The notes below the pieces were generated by a model, which ran no database searches, was not told where the DNA came from, and worked only from the letters and a program-made list of their open reading frames with translations. The translations under genes and the position numbers were made by a program. This document shows, one piece after another, positions 48,365-58,204 of a DNA stretch of 64,000 bases (its first letter is position 1; each line of letters starts with the position of its first letter). The stretch is taken from positions 1 to 64,000 of the IMG/VR virus record IMGVR_UViG_3300014968_000001. One strand, given 5' to 3'. Source of the stretch: a virus (taxonomy: Duplodnaviria > Caudoviricetes).

Positions 48365-48888
48365 CCGACTCCATGCTCTGCCAAAATCGAAGGAATGCCA
48401 TAAAAATGGCCGTGAGGGCTACCCGTCATTTGGGCGGTGACATGGCTGAGTTCGGCGTGTTTTTGGGTAATACGGCAAAGATATTGATTCGGGATAAGGC
48501 GTCACACCAAACCGTGCTTTTATTCGATTCATTTCAGGGCGTGCCAGAAACCGGAGACTGTAAATGCACGATGGAGCAGTTTGACGAGAACATGCAGGAG
48601 TTCAGCTTTCTTGATTTTCGGGTTTGGGTTGGCCTTTTTTCGGGCACTGTTCCGGGGTTTCGAGTGCCGCTCGCCTTTGCTCACATTGACTGCGATAACC
48701 AAGACGGCACAAAGCTCGTCCTGAACCACATAAAGCCCCTCATGGTCGAAGGCGGGTTGATTATCGTGGACGATTACCATGCTGAGTTCCCCGGCGTAAT
48801 GAAGGCGGTGGACGAAAACAGCGATGGTTGGAACAAGGTCGTTATTGCTGGCACACCGCATAATTCCGTGATGTTATTTAAGCTATGA
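48361..48888 (+). CDS. TylF/MycF-like sugar O-methyltransferase
   Basis: GDMAEFGVFLG, LFDSFQG, AHIDCD, GGLIIVDDY. Confidence 0.85.
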   Translation: MTDSMLCQNRRNAIKMAVRATRHLGGDMAEFGVFLGNTAKILIRDKASHQTVLLFDSFQGVPETGDCKCTMEQFDENMQEFSFLDFRVWVGLFSGTVPGFRVPLAFAHIDCDNQDGTKLVLNHIKPLMVEGGLIIVDDYHAEFPGVMKAVDENSDGWNKVVIAGTPHNSVMLFKL

Positions 48889-50210
48889 GCGAAGATCACA
48901 ACCGCATGGCGGATCACAAAGTTCTATTCATGGTTGATGGCGGCATGAACATCGCCTTCGCCGAGGCCATGGCCGCATCCGGTTATTATGACCGCGTGCT
49001 GTACTTCTGTCCGTGGGTATCAGCTTTCGCCGACCCGAACCTGGCCTACATCGGCACGGGCCTGAAAGGCGTCGAGCGAGTGCTGTATTTCTGGGAATCC
49101 AAACACGAATTCGACAATGACAAGGCGAGCGTCGTCTTTTTCTTCGCGGACGTGAACTTTGCCGATTGGCAATGGGAATTGAAACGGCAGGGGTTTTCCA
49201 TTTGGGGCAGTATGTCGGCGGATGACATGGAATTGTATCGGTGGGACGCCAAACAGATGATGAAGAAGGTCGGGTTGGCATCCGCGAAATCCATGCTGAT
49301 AACCGGCATCCCCGATTTGCGGGAATACCTGCAAGACCATGACAATGTGTTCGTCAAAGTCAGCCAGTTTCGCGGCATCACAGAGACATTTGAATCGGCC
49401 AGTTATGAGCTAGTGAAGAATCGCATTGACCGACTGGAATCGGAGTTGGGACCGCTCGCCGAGGATCAGGAATTCATCGTGGAACATTGCATCGAAACCA
49501 AGATTGAAACGGGTGGTGACGAATACTGTATCGACGGCAAATATCCGAAGGACGCCGCGTTTGGGTTTGAAATCAAGGACACGCTGTACGTCATCACTGC
49601 CCTGGAACGCAAGAAATTGCCGGAATCAGTCAGGCACGTTCACGAGGCGTTGTCGCCGATATTCAAGCAGTACGGGATGCGCGGGTTTTTCTCATCGGAA
49701 ATCCGGCGGGGAACAGACGGCAAAGATTATCCGATTGACCTGACGCTGCGCAATGCGCTGCCGCCAAGCGACATTATGAGCATCTGGATGACGAACATGC
49801 CGGAAATCATCTGGCGCGGGGCGCACGGCGAACTGGTGGACTTCGTGGTGGATTACAAGTATGCGTTCGAGTTCATTCTGTATTCGGAAGAAGCGGCGGA
49901 AAATCCGTTGGCGGTGAAGTATCCGAAGGAAATCTCCAAGTTCGTCCGGCTGTATAACAAGTATCAGGATAAGCACGGGATGGCGTGGGTGTTGCCGACG
50001 GCGGCGAAGTTGGTTCAGATTGGATCGGTGTTGGGTTTTGGAGACACGATACAGGCGGCGCACGATCATGCGTTGCAGAACGCGGAACAGGTGGAGGCGG
50101 ACAAGTTGGAGATACGCAAGGATGCGGTCGGGAAACTGTTTGAAGAATTGCGCGAGGCGAAGAAGAAGGGGATTTATTTTGGGGACTCGCCATTGCCACA
50201 AATATCATGA
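48885..50210 (+). CDS. PurD-like ATP-grasp ligase
   Basis: Rossmann-like N-terminus; ELYRWDAKQMMKKVGL, VFVK, FIVEHCI, RGFFSSEI..YPIDLTLR. Confidence 0.75.
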   Translation: MSEDHNRMADHKVLFMVDGGMNIAFAEAMAASGYYDRVLYFCPWVSAFADPNLAYIGTGLKGVERVLYFWESKHEFDNDKASVVFFFADVNFADWQWELKRQGFSIWGSMSADDMELYRWDAKQMMKKVGLASAKSMLITGIPDLREYLQDHDNVFVKVSQFRGITETFESASYELVKNRIDRLESELGPLAEDQEFIVEHCIETKIETGGDEYCIDGKYPKDAAFGFEIKDTLYVITALERKKLPESVRHVHEALSPIFKQYGMRGFFSSEIRRGTDGKDYPIDLTLRNALPPSDIMSIWMTNMPEIIWRGAHGELVDFVVDYKYAFEFILYSEEAAENPLAVKYPKEISKFVRLYNKYQDKHGMAWVLPTAAKLVQIGSVLGFGDTIQAAHDHALQNAEQVEADKLEIRKDAVGKLFEELREAKKKGIYFGDSPLPQIS

Positions 50211-50419
50211 AATCAAAAAAGCACATTGACCGTAAAACCAAGATTGAGCATACACTAACCGAGGCCAGAAAGATTTGTGACAACAATAACGAGGTGCGGC
50301 AGTGTTGGTTTAGGCTAATGAGAGAGCTTGAGTTTATGGCTGACGCCGAAGCACCTATGCCGCGATTCAATCAATTGCTACACGCAATCTGGATTGCCGC
50401 AACTGACGACCAGTCCTAG
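50207..50419 (+). CDS. Hypothetical protein
   Basis: 70 aa; ATGA-coupled. Confidence 0.55.
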   Translation: MKSKKHIDRKTKIEHTLTEARKICDNNNEVRQCWFRLMRELEFMADAEAPMPRFNQLLHAIWIAATDDQS

Positions 50420-50429
50420 TCATTCATGA

Positions 50430-50609
50430 ATGAAACTCCTATGGAACCCATGCCCAATCTGCGGAGCGAAGTGCGATGTGCAAAGTCTCAAGTTGCCGAA
50501 AGGCAGGATGATCGTCGCCATTTGCTCGAAATTCGGTTGTCGGGATGTCAGTGCGAAAACGAGGCGGGATGCGAATAAACTTTGGAACGAACCTTTGAAG
50601 TGGTTATGA
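50430..50609 (+). CDS. Lar-like (restriction alleviation) zinc-binding protein, 59 aa (not in ORF track)
   Basis: WNPCPICG..ICSKFGC..ANKLWN matches the PCPxCG...C..C...WN pattern. Confidence 0.6.
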   Translation: MKLLWNPCPICGAKCDVQSLKLPKGRMIVAICSKFGCRDVSAKTRRDANKLWNEPLKWL

Positions 50610-50713
50610 AATAAAAAAATGAAACGAGCCACGGCATATATGTCAAATAGCGGTCTGTGCAACCTGCCGTCGAGTCCTCTGGCACAGCAGAAGGATTCAC
50701 GCTCAAAACAATT

Positions 50714-51091
50714 ATGAAAACTGTCATCGAAACCATCCCGCACAAAAATCAGCGGTACGAAACTTGCGGAGATTACTTCACCGATCCCGACGGCACAACC
50801 CAAGTGCGCGTATCTGACATGGGCAACGAGGATTACGCCTTTCTGGTGAGCATCCATGAACAGATTGAGGAATATCTGACGCGGAAGCGCGGCATCGATG
50901 AGACGGACATCAAAGTGTTCGATGAATTGTTCGAGAAGAACCGTCAACCAGGTAACGACGATGAGCCCGGTGACCAGCTGGAAGCGCCATATCACAAGGA
51001 GCATGTTTTCGCCGAATGCTTGGAACGGCTGCTGGCGCGGGAACTCGGCGTGGATTGGGCGGAGTATGGGAAAGCGGTGATGGCGTTATGA
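50714..51091 (+). CDS. Putative metal-dependent enzyme
   Basis: QRYETCGDY, IHEQIE, EPGD..APYHKEHVFA..ER. Confidence 0.7.
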   Translation: MKTVIETIPHKNQRYETCGDYFTDPDGTTQVRVSDMGNEDYAFLVSIHEQIEEYLTRKRGIDETDIKVFDELFEKNRQPGNDDEPGDQLEAPYHKEHVFAECLERLLARELGVDWAEYGKAVMAL

Positions 51092-51273
51092 GCATCCACA
51101 TTACTAAAAATAGAATCAGGGCTACGGGCGCGGATGCCAATGCGTTGCTTATCTCAATGGCTCCCGACGAGCAGCTTTTGAAATGGGATAAAGAAAAGTT
51201 TGGCTCTGATGATTTTCAACGAATTGTAAAAGAGGCAATGGCGAAACGCCGCCTTGTTCACCCGCAACAATGA
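51088..51273 (+). CDS. Small hypothetical protein
   Basis: 61 aa; ATGA-coupled both sides. Confidence 0.55.
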   Translation: MSIHITKNRIRATGADANALLISMAPDEQLLKWDKEKFGSDDFQRIVKEAMAKRRLVHPQQ

Positions 51274-53570
51274 CAACTCTCACCTGTATCTGCGTCAGCT
51301 ACGCCCGCCCCGCCTGCGTCAATGAGGCAGTCCAACTGTTCCTCAACCAATCGTTTGCGAGGCCAAAGGAGTTGATTCTGCTGAACACATTCCCAAAGCA
51401 GCAATTCAAATTTGACCATCCGAACGTGGTGGTCGTGAATCTGCCCGAACGCCCGAAGTCTCTGGGCGAAGCTCGGAACATGGCGATTACTTTGGCGACG
51501 GAAGATTCGCTGATAATTACGTGGGATGACGATGATTTTTTCACGTCGTGGCATCTGGCAAATTACGCCGAGAACTTGGAACCGGATTGCGATTGGTATT
51601 GGCTCTCCGCCGAATATTATAGCGAGAATCGACGCATCAAATCCGTGGCGATGGGCACACCTAACCTGTTCGCTTTTACCAAGCGCGCATGGAAATCCGT
51701 TGGGGGCTACCCTGCGTTGACAGTTGGGGAAGACCGGGCACTTATGGGCAAAATTTCCCCCAAATTCAAAGGCAAAAAAATCACGCTAGCGACCAACCGA
51801 ATTTCTTTTATACGTGGGTGGGGCTGCGACGAGCTTTATCACACGTCGGGCCTTGGCGATGACCGCACTGGACGACAATCGTCCCATGAACGAGTGGCGG
51901 AACATGCTGAGGACTTGATTCGGCGCGGATTGCTGGCGACCGGCGAAATTCAAATCGTGCCCAAAGCCAACGCGGATTACGACAAACTCGCCTTGGACTT
52001 CTCGGGCGCCATCTGCCGTGTGCAAGACCAGAAATGGGGCAAAGTCTGCGTGTTGGAGTTGGGCCGATACGGTGACATTCTCAACATCCTGCCGGTGTGC
52101 AAATACATCGCGGAGCATTACGAGAAGCCGTTGCTGGCTGTGTCCAAGGAGTTCGCCTCGCTGTTGGATGGCGTGTCTTACGTGACGCCGTTGCCGCTGG
52201 ATTTGCCTTACGACAAGGTGAACCAGGCGATGACCATTTGCCGGCAGAAGGCAGAAATGGTGATTTGCGCTCAAGTCTATGGGGAATCCTATAATCCCGA
52301 AAAGCTGCGCCCCTGTTATTCGTGGGATTCATGGCAGCAATCGGGTTTCGGTGAACTGTACATGGATAAGTGGACGCATCCGCTGGTGATTGACCGGCGG
52401 GATCGGTTGCGCGAGGACAATTTTACTCGGTCAAAGCTGTCGTCGAAACCGACGATTTTGCTGAACATTAGCCGCGGCATTTCTTCGCCTTACACTGACC
52501 ACGCAAAGTTCACGGAATTGTTGCGGACGAATTGGAGCGAGAAATATCACATCTTGGACATCGGCCAAGCAAACGCGCAGCAGATTTACGACCTGTTGGG
52601 CATGTATGACAAGGCGGCGTTGCTGATAACCAGTGACACAGCCACGCTGCACCTGGCGGCAGCGAGTGACATCCCGGTAATCGCCTTGGTGAATGACATT
52701 GATTGGCTGGCGACGATCCCGCGTTGCAACTGTGTGTATCGGGTGCGTTATTGCGATGCCGTCCAGAATTTCGCCGTGGTGAACATGACGATTGATAGTT
52801 TGGCGAAAGTAAAGCGGTGTCCAGTGAGGCCGCCAAAGCCGTTTGTGAAGCCGAAGCGGAGAATTGTTCACGCTGTCGAGTGGCACCCTGAATTAGCGGA
52901 CGATCCTCGGAAATCCAAAGCGCGGGAGTCGTGGAAGGCATTGTATGCTCAGGGCGTGATTCAAACACCTTACGCAGTATATAAGAGGAATTCGGGACAA
53001 TTGGGTTGTCGGCGCAGCCTTCCGTTCCTCAAAGATGTTCTTGCGCACGGACTGGCAAGTGCAGACGACCCCAACGACATCGTTTTTTGGACTAACGATG
53101 ACAACATCCTGCATCCCCGTCTGCCGCAAGCCTTGGAAATGCACCTGTCCATCTTCGACGCCTGCACGTCTCAACGGCGCGAGTTCTCCAAACCGTATCC
53201 GACAACATCAGTGACCCCCGACGAAGTGGTGGCGATGAGCGAAGACCATTTGGGCAGGGATTTGTTCGCGGCGACCGCTGGCTGGCTTCGGCGGTACTGG
53301 GACGAAATACCGGACTTCCTGCTTGGCGTGCCCGTGTTCGACCTATGTCTTGCCGCGATGGTGCGGAGCAAGCGCGGGTTTAAGACCGACCGCAACAATA
53401 TCGCCACGAATTATGCGCCGTGCGAATTGCGTTTGGGGTACGTGTCGCATGAGCGGCACCCATCGTTTTGGAATACGTTGCCAGCGAGCGATCCGGCTAC
53501 GCAACATAATCACCGCCTGTTCGCCGAATGGGCTAGCAAACACGCCCCCGACATGCGCCTACCCTTATGA
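51270..53570 (+). CDS. Three-domain glycosyltransferase (GT2 + GT9-like + GT-A-like)
   Basis: RNMAI..ITWDDDD..GED; LGRYGDILNILP..ITSDTATLHLAAA (GT9); FWTNDDNIL..HERH. Confidence 0.85.
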   Translation: MTTLTCICVSYARPACVNEAVQLFLNQSFARPKELILLNTFPKQQFKFDHPNVVVVNLPERPKSLGEARNMAITLATEDSLIITWDDDDFFTSWHLANYAENLEPDCDWYWLSAEYYSENRRIKSVAMGTPNLFAFTKRAWKSVGGYPALTVGEDRALMGKISPKFKGKKITLATNRISFIRGWGCDELYHTSGLGDDRTGRQSSHERVAEHAEDLIRRGLLATGEIQIVPKANADYDKLALDFSGAICRVQDQKWGKVCVLELGRYGDILNILPVCKYIAEHYEKPLLAVSKEFASLLDGVSYVTPLPLDLPYDKVNQAMTICRQKAEMVICAQVYGESYNPEKLRPCYSWDSWQQSGFGELYMDKWTHPLVIDRRDRLREDNFTRSKLSSKPTILLNISRGISSPYTDHAKFTELLRTNWSEKYHILDIGQANAQQIYDLLGMYDKAALLITSDTATLHLAAASDIPVIALVNDIDWLATIPRCNCVYRVRYCDAVQNFAVVNMTIDSLAKVKRCPVRPPKPFVKPKRRIVHAVEWHPELADDPRKSKARESWKALYAQGVIQTPYAVYKRNSGQLGCRRSLPFLKDVLAHGLASADDPNDIVFWTNDDNILHPRLPQALEMHLSIFDACTSQRREFSKPYPTTSVTPDEVVAMSEDHLGRDLFAATAGWLRRYWDEIPDFLLGVPVFDLCLAAMVRSKRGFKTDRNNIATNYAPCELRLGYVSHERHPSFWNTLPASDPATQHNHRLFAEWASKHAPDMRLPL

Positions 53571-53806
53571 GCAACGTTGAAATAATAATCGTGTCCTTCT
53601 ATGTGTTCGGGTATCTCGTAATGCTCGGCATTATTCTGGACTCGGTTGAATCATTTGAGACGTACAAAAAAGACCCAAGGCCGGTTTTAGCCTTTGCACT
53701 CGGTTTAATTTTAGCAATCTTCTGGCCAGTTTGGATTGGCGTTCAAATATCAGACTGGATTCAAAAAATCGACAAGATTATGGATGATAAAATTAAAAAG
53801 CTATGA
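53567..53806 (+). CDS. Two-TM membrane protein
   Basis: Two hydrophobic segments; LAIFWPVWI. Confidence 0.65.
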   Translation: MSNVEIIIVSFYVFGYLVMLGIILDSVESFETYKKDPRPVLAFALGLILAIFWPVWIGVQISDWIQKIDKIMDDKIKKL

Positions 53807-54462
53807 TTTGCACCATCACAACCAGCCGCCGCCCCAAACTATTCAAACGCACTATCGAGAGCGCCCGCGCGAACATGCGGGATTTCAGTTTCATTCAAGA
53901 GATGGCTATTTTCGACGATGGCAGTCCGCCCGAAGACTTGGACGCGATGAAAGCCGTGGCGCCGCAGTTCGCCACTTGGGAGCATTGCGATGAACCGCAG
54001 GGGCATGTGGCGAGTTTGAATCGGGCGTTGGAATATCTAAGGCGGTCAGGGCAGGAGTTTGCGTTGATGGCAGAGGACGATTGGCTATTCACGCGGTTTT
54101 CGTGTCCCCTGCTCGCCAGCCTTGATGTGCTGATAAACAATCCGAAGGTGGGCCAGGTCTGCCTTGGTAGAATTGACATGCGCTTTGGCTGGCGCGGCTT
54201 CACCGAGACGGGGACGATGTTCACGATCCGCGACAAACATTTCGGGCCGGACAATTACCCCGCGTTCACTTTGAATCCATCCGTTGTCCGCATCGAGGCA
54301 TTGCTGGCAGTGGGCGAGTTCAAGGCGGTAGAAGGCTTCGAGCGGGAGTATGGGGAGCGTTGGCTGGCGGCGGGATGGGACACATCAGATTTATTTTCGC
54401 CTCACTTGGTTCATATTGGCGACGGGCAGAGTGCGTATGATCTTAATGGATTTTTAAGATAG
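53803..54462 (+). CDS. GT2-family glycosyltransferase
   Basis: ITTSRRP, IFDDGS, LMAEDDW, FTLNPS, HIG. Confidence 0.85.
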   Translation: MICTITTSRRPKLFKRTIESARANMRDFSFIQEMAIFDDGSPPEDLDAMKAVAPQFATWEHCDEPQGHVASLNRALEYLRRSGQEFALMAEDDWLFTRFSCPLLASLDVLINNPKVGQVCLGRIDMRFGWRGFTETGTMFTIRDKHFGPDNYPAFTLNPSVVRIEALLAVGEFKAVEGFEREYGERWLAAGWDTSDLFSPHLVHIGDGQSAYDLNGFLR

Positions 54463-54488
54463 ACATGAATTTATTTTTTATTATTATT

Positions 54489-54600
54489 TTGTTGTTCGGC
54501 GTGATACCCGATGAAACAACAAAACCAAATCTGCACCCCGTCGCAAAAGACAACGCTTCCTCGGCGTTGTGTATCACCTTTTGCGGCGCGGGTGCTTTGG
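54489..54600 (+). ncRNA. Structured 5' leader with putative kissing loop (element D)
   Basis: CGG-CGTGATAC-CCG hairpin; loop complementary to GTATCAC (54571-54577) inside stem 54525-54549/54578-54600, which overlaps the GGAG RBS. Confidence 0.6.
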
Positions 54601-54608
54601 AGATGTAT

Positions 54609-55307
54609 ATGCCAGAGATAAAATCAATTTCGTTTGATGCGCTTCCCAAAAGGAAAGGGAGAACCGACCTTTCCGGCTCTCGGTTCACGAGGTGGCAGGT
54701 TGTGGGCCCTTATGGAATGATAGGCCCAAAATTGCATTGGGTGGTAAAATGTGATTGTGGCAATTTCTCGGTGGTTATGACTTCCAATTTGAATCAAGGG
54801 TTAAGCCGATCCTGTGGATGCCTTCAAAAAGAAACAGCCAGCAAAACCATGCTTGTTCACGGTCAGGGAACTTTCGGTAAAACAAAAACTAGAGAAAATA
54901 GAATTTGGGTTAGTATGATAGCCAGATGCACTAATCCTAACTCCGCAGGCTGGAAAAATTATGGAGGGAGGGGGATTTCTGTTTGCGACAGGTGGAGGCA
55001 TTCTTTTCTAGCGTTCTTTGAAGATATGGGAAAATGCGCTGATGGCTATTCGTTGGAACGTCGGGAAAATAATGGTAACTACTGTAAGGAAAATTGTTAT
55101 TGGGCGACTCGCAAGCAACAAAATAACAACAAGCGAAGCAATGTGATTTTGCAGCACGAAGGTATTTCGCTAACAATATCTCAATGGAGCGAAAAAGCTG
55201 GAATCAATTATGGCACCTTACGCTCCCGCCTGCGAGACGGATGCAGTGTCGCAGAGGCACTAACTAATCCGGTGGCTCATAAATCCAGCAAGCGGAAAGA
55301 TGTGTGA
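54609..55307 (+). CDS. Free-standing HNH-type homing endonuclease
   Basis: WVVKCDCG..SRSCGC, W..M..RC..YGGRGI..CDRW, SLERRENNGNY..NC.WAT..Q.NN. Confidence 0.85.
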   Translation: MPEIKSISFDALPKRKGRTDLSGSRFTRWQVVGPYGMIGPKLHWVVKCDCGNFSVVMTSNLNQGLSRSCGCLQKETASKTMLVHGQGTFGKTKTRENRIWVSMIARCTNPNSAGWKNYGGRGISVCDRWRHSFLAFFEDMGKCADGYSLERRENNGNYCKENCYWATRKQQNNNKRSNVILQHEGISLTISQWSEKAGINYGTLRSRLRDGCSVAEALTNPVAHKSSKRKDV

Positions 55308-55321
55308 CGCGACCATAAATT

Positions 55322-55783
55322 ATGGACGAATTAAAAATACAGTTTGGCGCGGGTGGAAATTTGCTCGAAGGCTGGCGGAACCACGATCTTGAATCCGATG
55401 GTGTGGACATCCGTGAGCCGTTGCCTTACGCGGACGACACCGTGGACTTCATCCTCGCGGAGCATGTTATGGAGCATGTGACCGGGCCGGAAGCGTTGCG
55501 GTTTTTGGATGAGTGCCATCGGATTTTGAAGCCGGGTGGGACGTTGCGCGTTTGTTGCCCGGTATTGGACGAATTGAGCATTTCCGACGCGCGAGACATC
55601 ATCTTGAATCATGGGCATCTTATTTTTCTGTCGAGGGATTCGATGAGCGAACTTTTTCGGGCGAGCAAATTCAGATTCGGAGACTTTGGTGAGACTGAAA
55701 TCGCAGAGTGCGACGGCCACTGGAAAGTCATCGGCCAAGAAAAAGACCACATTGAAACCTGCCGCATCGAGGCAACGAAATGA
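55322..55783 (+). CDS. Class I SAM methyltransferase (type 11-like)
   Basis: QFGAGG..GWRNHD, PLPYADDTVDFILAEHVMEH, ILKPGG. Confidence 0.85.
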   Translation: MDELKIQFGAGGNLLEGWRNHDLESDGVDIREPLPYADDTVDFILAEHVMEHVTGPEALRFLDECHRILKPGGTLRVCCPVLDELSISDARDIILNHGHLIFLSRDSMSELFRASKFRFGDFGETEIAECDGHWKVIGQEKDHIETCRIEATK

Positions 55784-56337
55784 ACGGCTTCGAGATAACC
55801 AAAACCGGCATCTGGAAATGCGAGACTGTCGAGCCGCATTATTTTGACGAGCCGTTGGCGGCGGCAATCCACGATTATCTGCCGGCGGGCAATGTGCTGG
55901 ACTTGGGGTGCGGGGATGGTCGTTATTCCATCTTTTTCAATCAGCGCGGCAGGATGTCCTTGGGGGTCGATGGCAACCCGCATTTGCAGCCGGAAGGTGT
56001 CACCATCATTCACGCTGATTTGACGCAGCCGTTCCTTGCGCTTTCCGATTTCGTGGTCTGCCTTGAAGTGGGCGAACATATCCCCGCCGAGTTTGAAAGC
56101 GTGTTCCTGGACAACGTGACGCGCAACGCGCGCAAGGGAATCGTTCTTAGCTGGTTTCCGCGTGATGGCGAGGGCATCGGACATGTGAATCCACGATCAA
56201 ACGAATGGGTCAATGCGGAGATGTTGAGGCGCGGGTGGGTACGACTTGATTTGCCTACGGCAACCCTACGAAATGAATCCACGCTTCATTGGTTCAAGGA
56301 ATCGCTGGCGGTTTATTTTAAGGCTCCAAATGAGTAA
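55780..56337 (+). CDS. Class I SAM methyltransferase
   Basis: VLDLGCGDG, VVCLEVGEHIP, GHVN. Confidence 0.85.
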   Translation: MNGFEITKTGIWKCETVEPHYFDEPLAAAIHDYLPAGNVLDLGCGDGRYSIFFNQRGRMSLGVDGNPHLQPEGVTIIHADLTQPFLALSDFVVCLEVGEHIPAEFESVFLDNVTRNARKGIVLSWFPRDGEGIGHVNPRSNEWVNAEMLRRGWVRLDLPTATLRNESTLHWFKESLAVYFKAPNE

Positions 56338-56995
56338 TCATCGTTACACGATTGGCACTGGGTTTGTTTCCGGAAAAGACGAGGGATTTTCTTTTCAAAT
56401 TTGGATGGCCAATAGTTTGAAGTTTTCCAAGCCAGAAAAGGTAATTGTTTTGGCGGTTGGAGGAAGGCCAAATTTTAATATTTTAGGAGATGATCCAATG
56501 ATTGCTTGGGTTGAAGGCAACCTCGGCCACATCGGCGACCTGCTGGATAAGCGCAAGCCTCACAAGTTTTGCGGTTGGTCAATGGGTATGATGACGCTGG
56601 CATTGCTGGCCTATCAGAACGAGACGGACTTTATTTACAAGGAACAGGATTGTCTCGCGTTCGGTCCCTGGGTGGAGCGCCTCTACGCTGAGTGCGGCGA
56701 TAAGAAGGTGTGCTTCGGAAAGAACGGGCTGATGACCTGCGCTCAAAGTCTGTTTCTTGTGAAGCATGATTTCATCCCGGAATTCGTTCGCAGCTATTTG
56801 GGCACTGGGCCGGACGCAGCGACAATGCCGGAAACCAAATTCTCGAACATGGCTAAGGTGAATCAGCCGAATTGGACGCAGTTTGGGTTTGGGGTGGATC
56901 GTGACCGGCCAATTCCTTGGGATGATGAAGTTTGGTATGCGCAACATTTTACTCAGAAAGAACTCGCAGAATTAACCCGCAGAAATCTCATATGA
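56330..56995 (+). CDS. Probable glycosyltransferase-like protein
   Basis: DFIYKEQDCL (DxD-like position), CAQSLF; cluster context. Confidence 0.55.
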   Translation: MSNHRYTIGTGFVSGKDEGFSFQIWMANSLKFSKPEKVIVLAVGGRPNFNILGDDPMIAWVEGNLGHIGDLLDKRKPHKFCGWSMGMMTLALLAYQNETDFIYKEQDCLAFGPWVERLYAECGDKKVCFGKNGLMTCAQSLFLVKHDFIPEFVRSYLGTGPDAATMPETKFSNMAKVNQPNWTQFGFGVDRDRPIPWDDEVWYAQHFTQKELAELTRRNLI

Positions 56996-57792
56996 AATTG
57001 CACTTCATCACCCTCGCGCTGGACGCCCAACCTTACATCGCGCATCACATCAATCAATTCAATCAACTGCCTTTCGACTGGGACTGGTCAATTACAGAAG
57101 GCGTGGCGAAGCCGTTCAAAGATACGGGATGGTGTAAGGACATTCCCGCACGGTTGTCGAATGATGGAACACACAACTATTTGAGAGAGCTTTCGAGCTA
57201 TCACCCAAAAGTCGCCTTCCATTGGCGAGACGAATGGCCCGGGAAAACCGCCATGCTCAATTACGCCCTGCAATTCCTGAAAGGCGACGGTTTGCTCATG
57301 CAGATCGACGCGGATGAACTGTGGACAACGGAACAACTGGTCAAAATCTATCAGATGTTTAAGCACAGCCCGAGGTTTCAATGGGCGGAGTTTTATTGCC
57401 GGTATCTGTTAGGTGCGAATGTCGAGGCCATCACGCCCGGATGTTACGGGAATAATCCCGGCGAGTGGAAAAGGGTTTGGCGCTGGCGTGAAGGGCAGAT
57501 GTTTGACCGCCACGAACCTCCAATTTTGGAAGACATCAATTATCAGACGATGCCTGGATTCGACCGTGACTGCACGAAGCAGTTTGGACTGGTATTCTGG
57601 CATCCAGCATATGCGCTGGAAAAAACTTTGGCCTTCAAGGGAGCTTACTACGGCTATACCGATGCTTTGGCGCAATGGAAGCGCCTTCAAAAAGACGCAG
57701 CCGATCCCGCCGTGAAGTTTCCCCGGCCTGTTTCGGAATATTTGAAATGGGTCACAGACGGCGCGATGTGTGATCGGGTGGTGAATATATGA
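56992..57792 (+). CDS. GT2-like glycosyltransferase
   Basis: SNDGT, LMQIDADELW, FWHPAY. Confidence 0.8.
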   Translation: MKLHFITLALDAQPYIAHHINQFNQLPFDWDWSITEGVAKPFKDTGWCKDIPARLSNDGTHNYLRELSSYHPKVAFHWRDEWPGKTAMLNYALQFLKGDGLLMQIDADELWTTEQLVKIYQMFKHSPRFQWAEFYCRYLLGANVEAITPGCYGNNPGEWKRVWRWREGQMFDRHEPPILEDINYQTMPGFDRDCTKQFGLVFWHPAYALEKTLAFKGAYYGYTDALAQWKRLQKDAADPAVKFPRPVSEYLKWVTDGAMCDRVVNI

Positions 57793-57971
57793 CAACCCTC
57801 GAACAAAAATCCCTCACCGAAACCATGCGCCTAATCGCGTGCGCAAAAATGGACATAGTATCCGGCCAGAACATCACCGATGCAAAGCGCAGAAGGAAGG
57901 TTTTGGAGGATGGGAATGGGAAGCTTACTCAGGCGTATTCTTGGCTTGAAGCTTTGAAAGGGGAGAAATGA
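57789..57971 (+). CDS. Small hypothetical protein
   Basis: 60 aa; ATGA-coupled. Confidence 0.5.
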   Translation: MTTLEQKSLTETMRLIACAKMDIVSGQNITDAKRRRKVLEDGNGKLTQAYSWLEALKGEK

Positions 57972-58204
57972 AAGAACCTAAAGAGCCGATATTTCATCTA
58001 TTAGTGCCAAAGCAGTTTCGCACATGGTGTATTGCCTCTAAGCCTCCAAGTGCAGCGATGAATACGACAATCCTTGTATCGAAGTGCAATTGTGTGAACT
58101 GCCTTACAAAATACCGCCGCTCCATTGGGAGGCCCACACAGTTTAGAAAGAAGTGGACTAACCGCGCCGAATGGCGAGAACAAACACCAGAATTGGAGGA
58201 ATGA
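57968..58204 (+). CDS. Small hypothetical protein
   Basis: HLL..WC..CNCVNC Cys motif. Confidence 0.55.
   Translation: MKEPKEPIFHLLVPKQFRTWCIASKPPSAAMNTTILVSKCNCVNCLTKYRRSIGRPTQFRKKWTNRAEWREQTPELEE

Noticed and set aside
54465-54608. Apparent hydrophobic N-terminus on the HNH protein
   Set aside because: This is the structured leader read in frame; the GGAG RBS supports ATG 54609.
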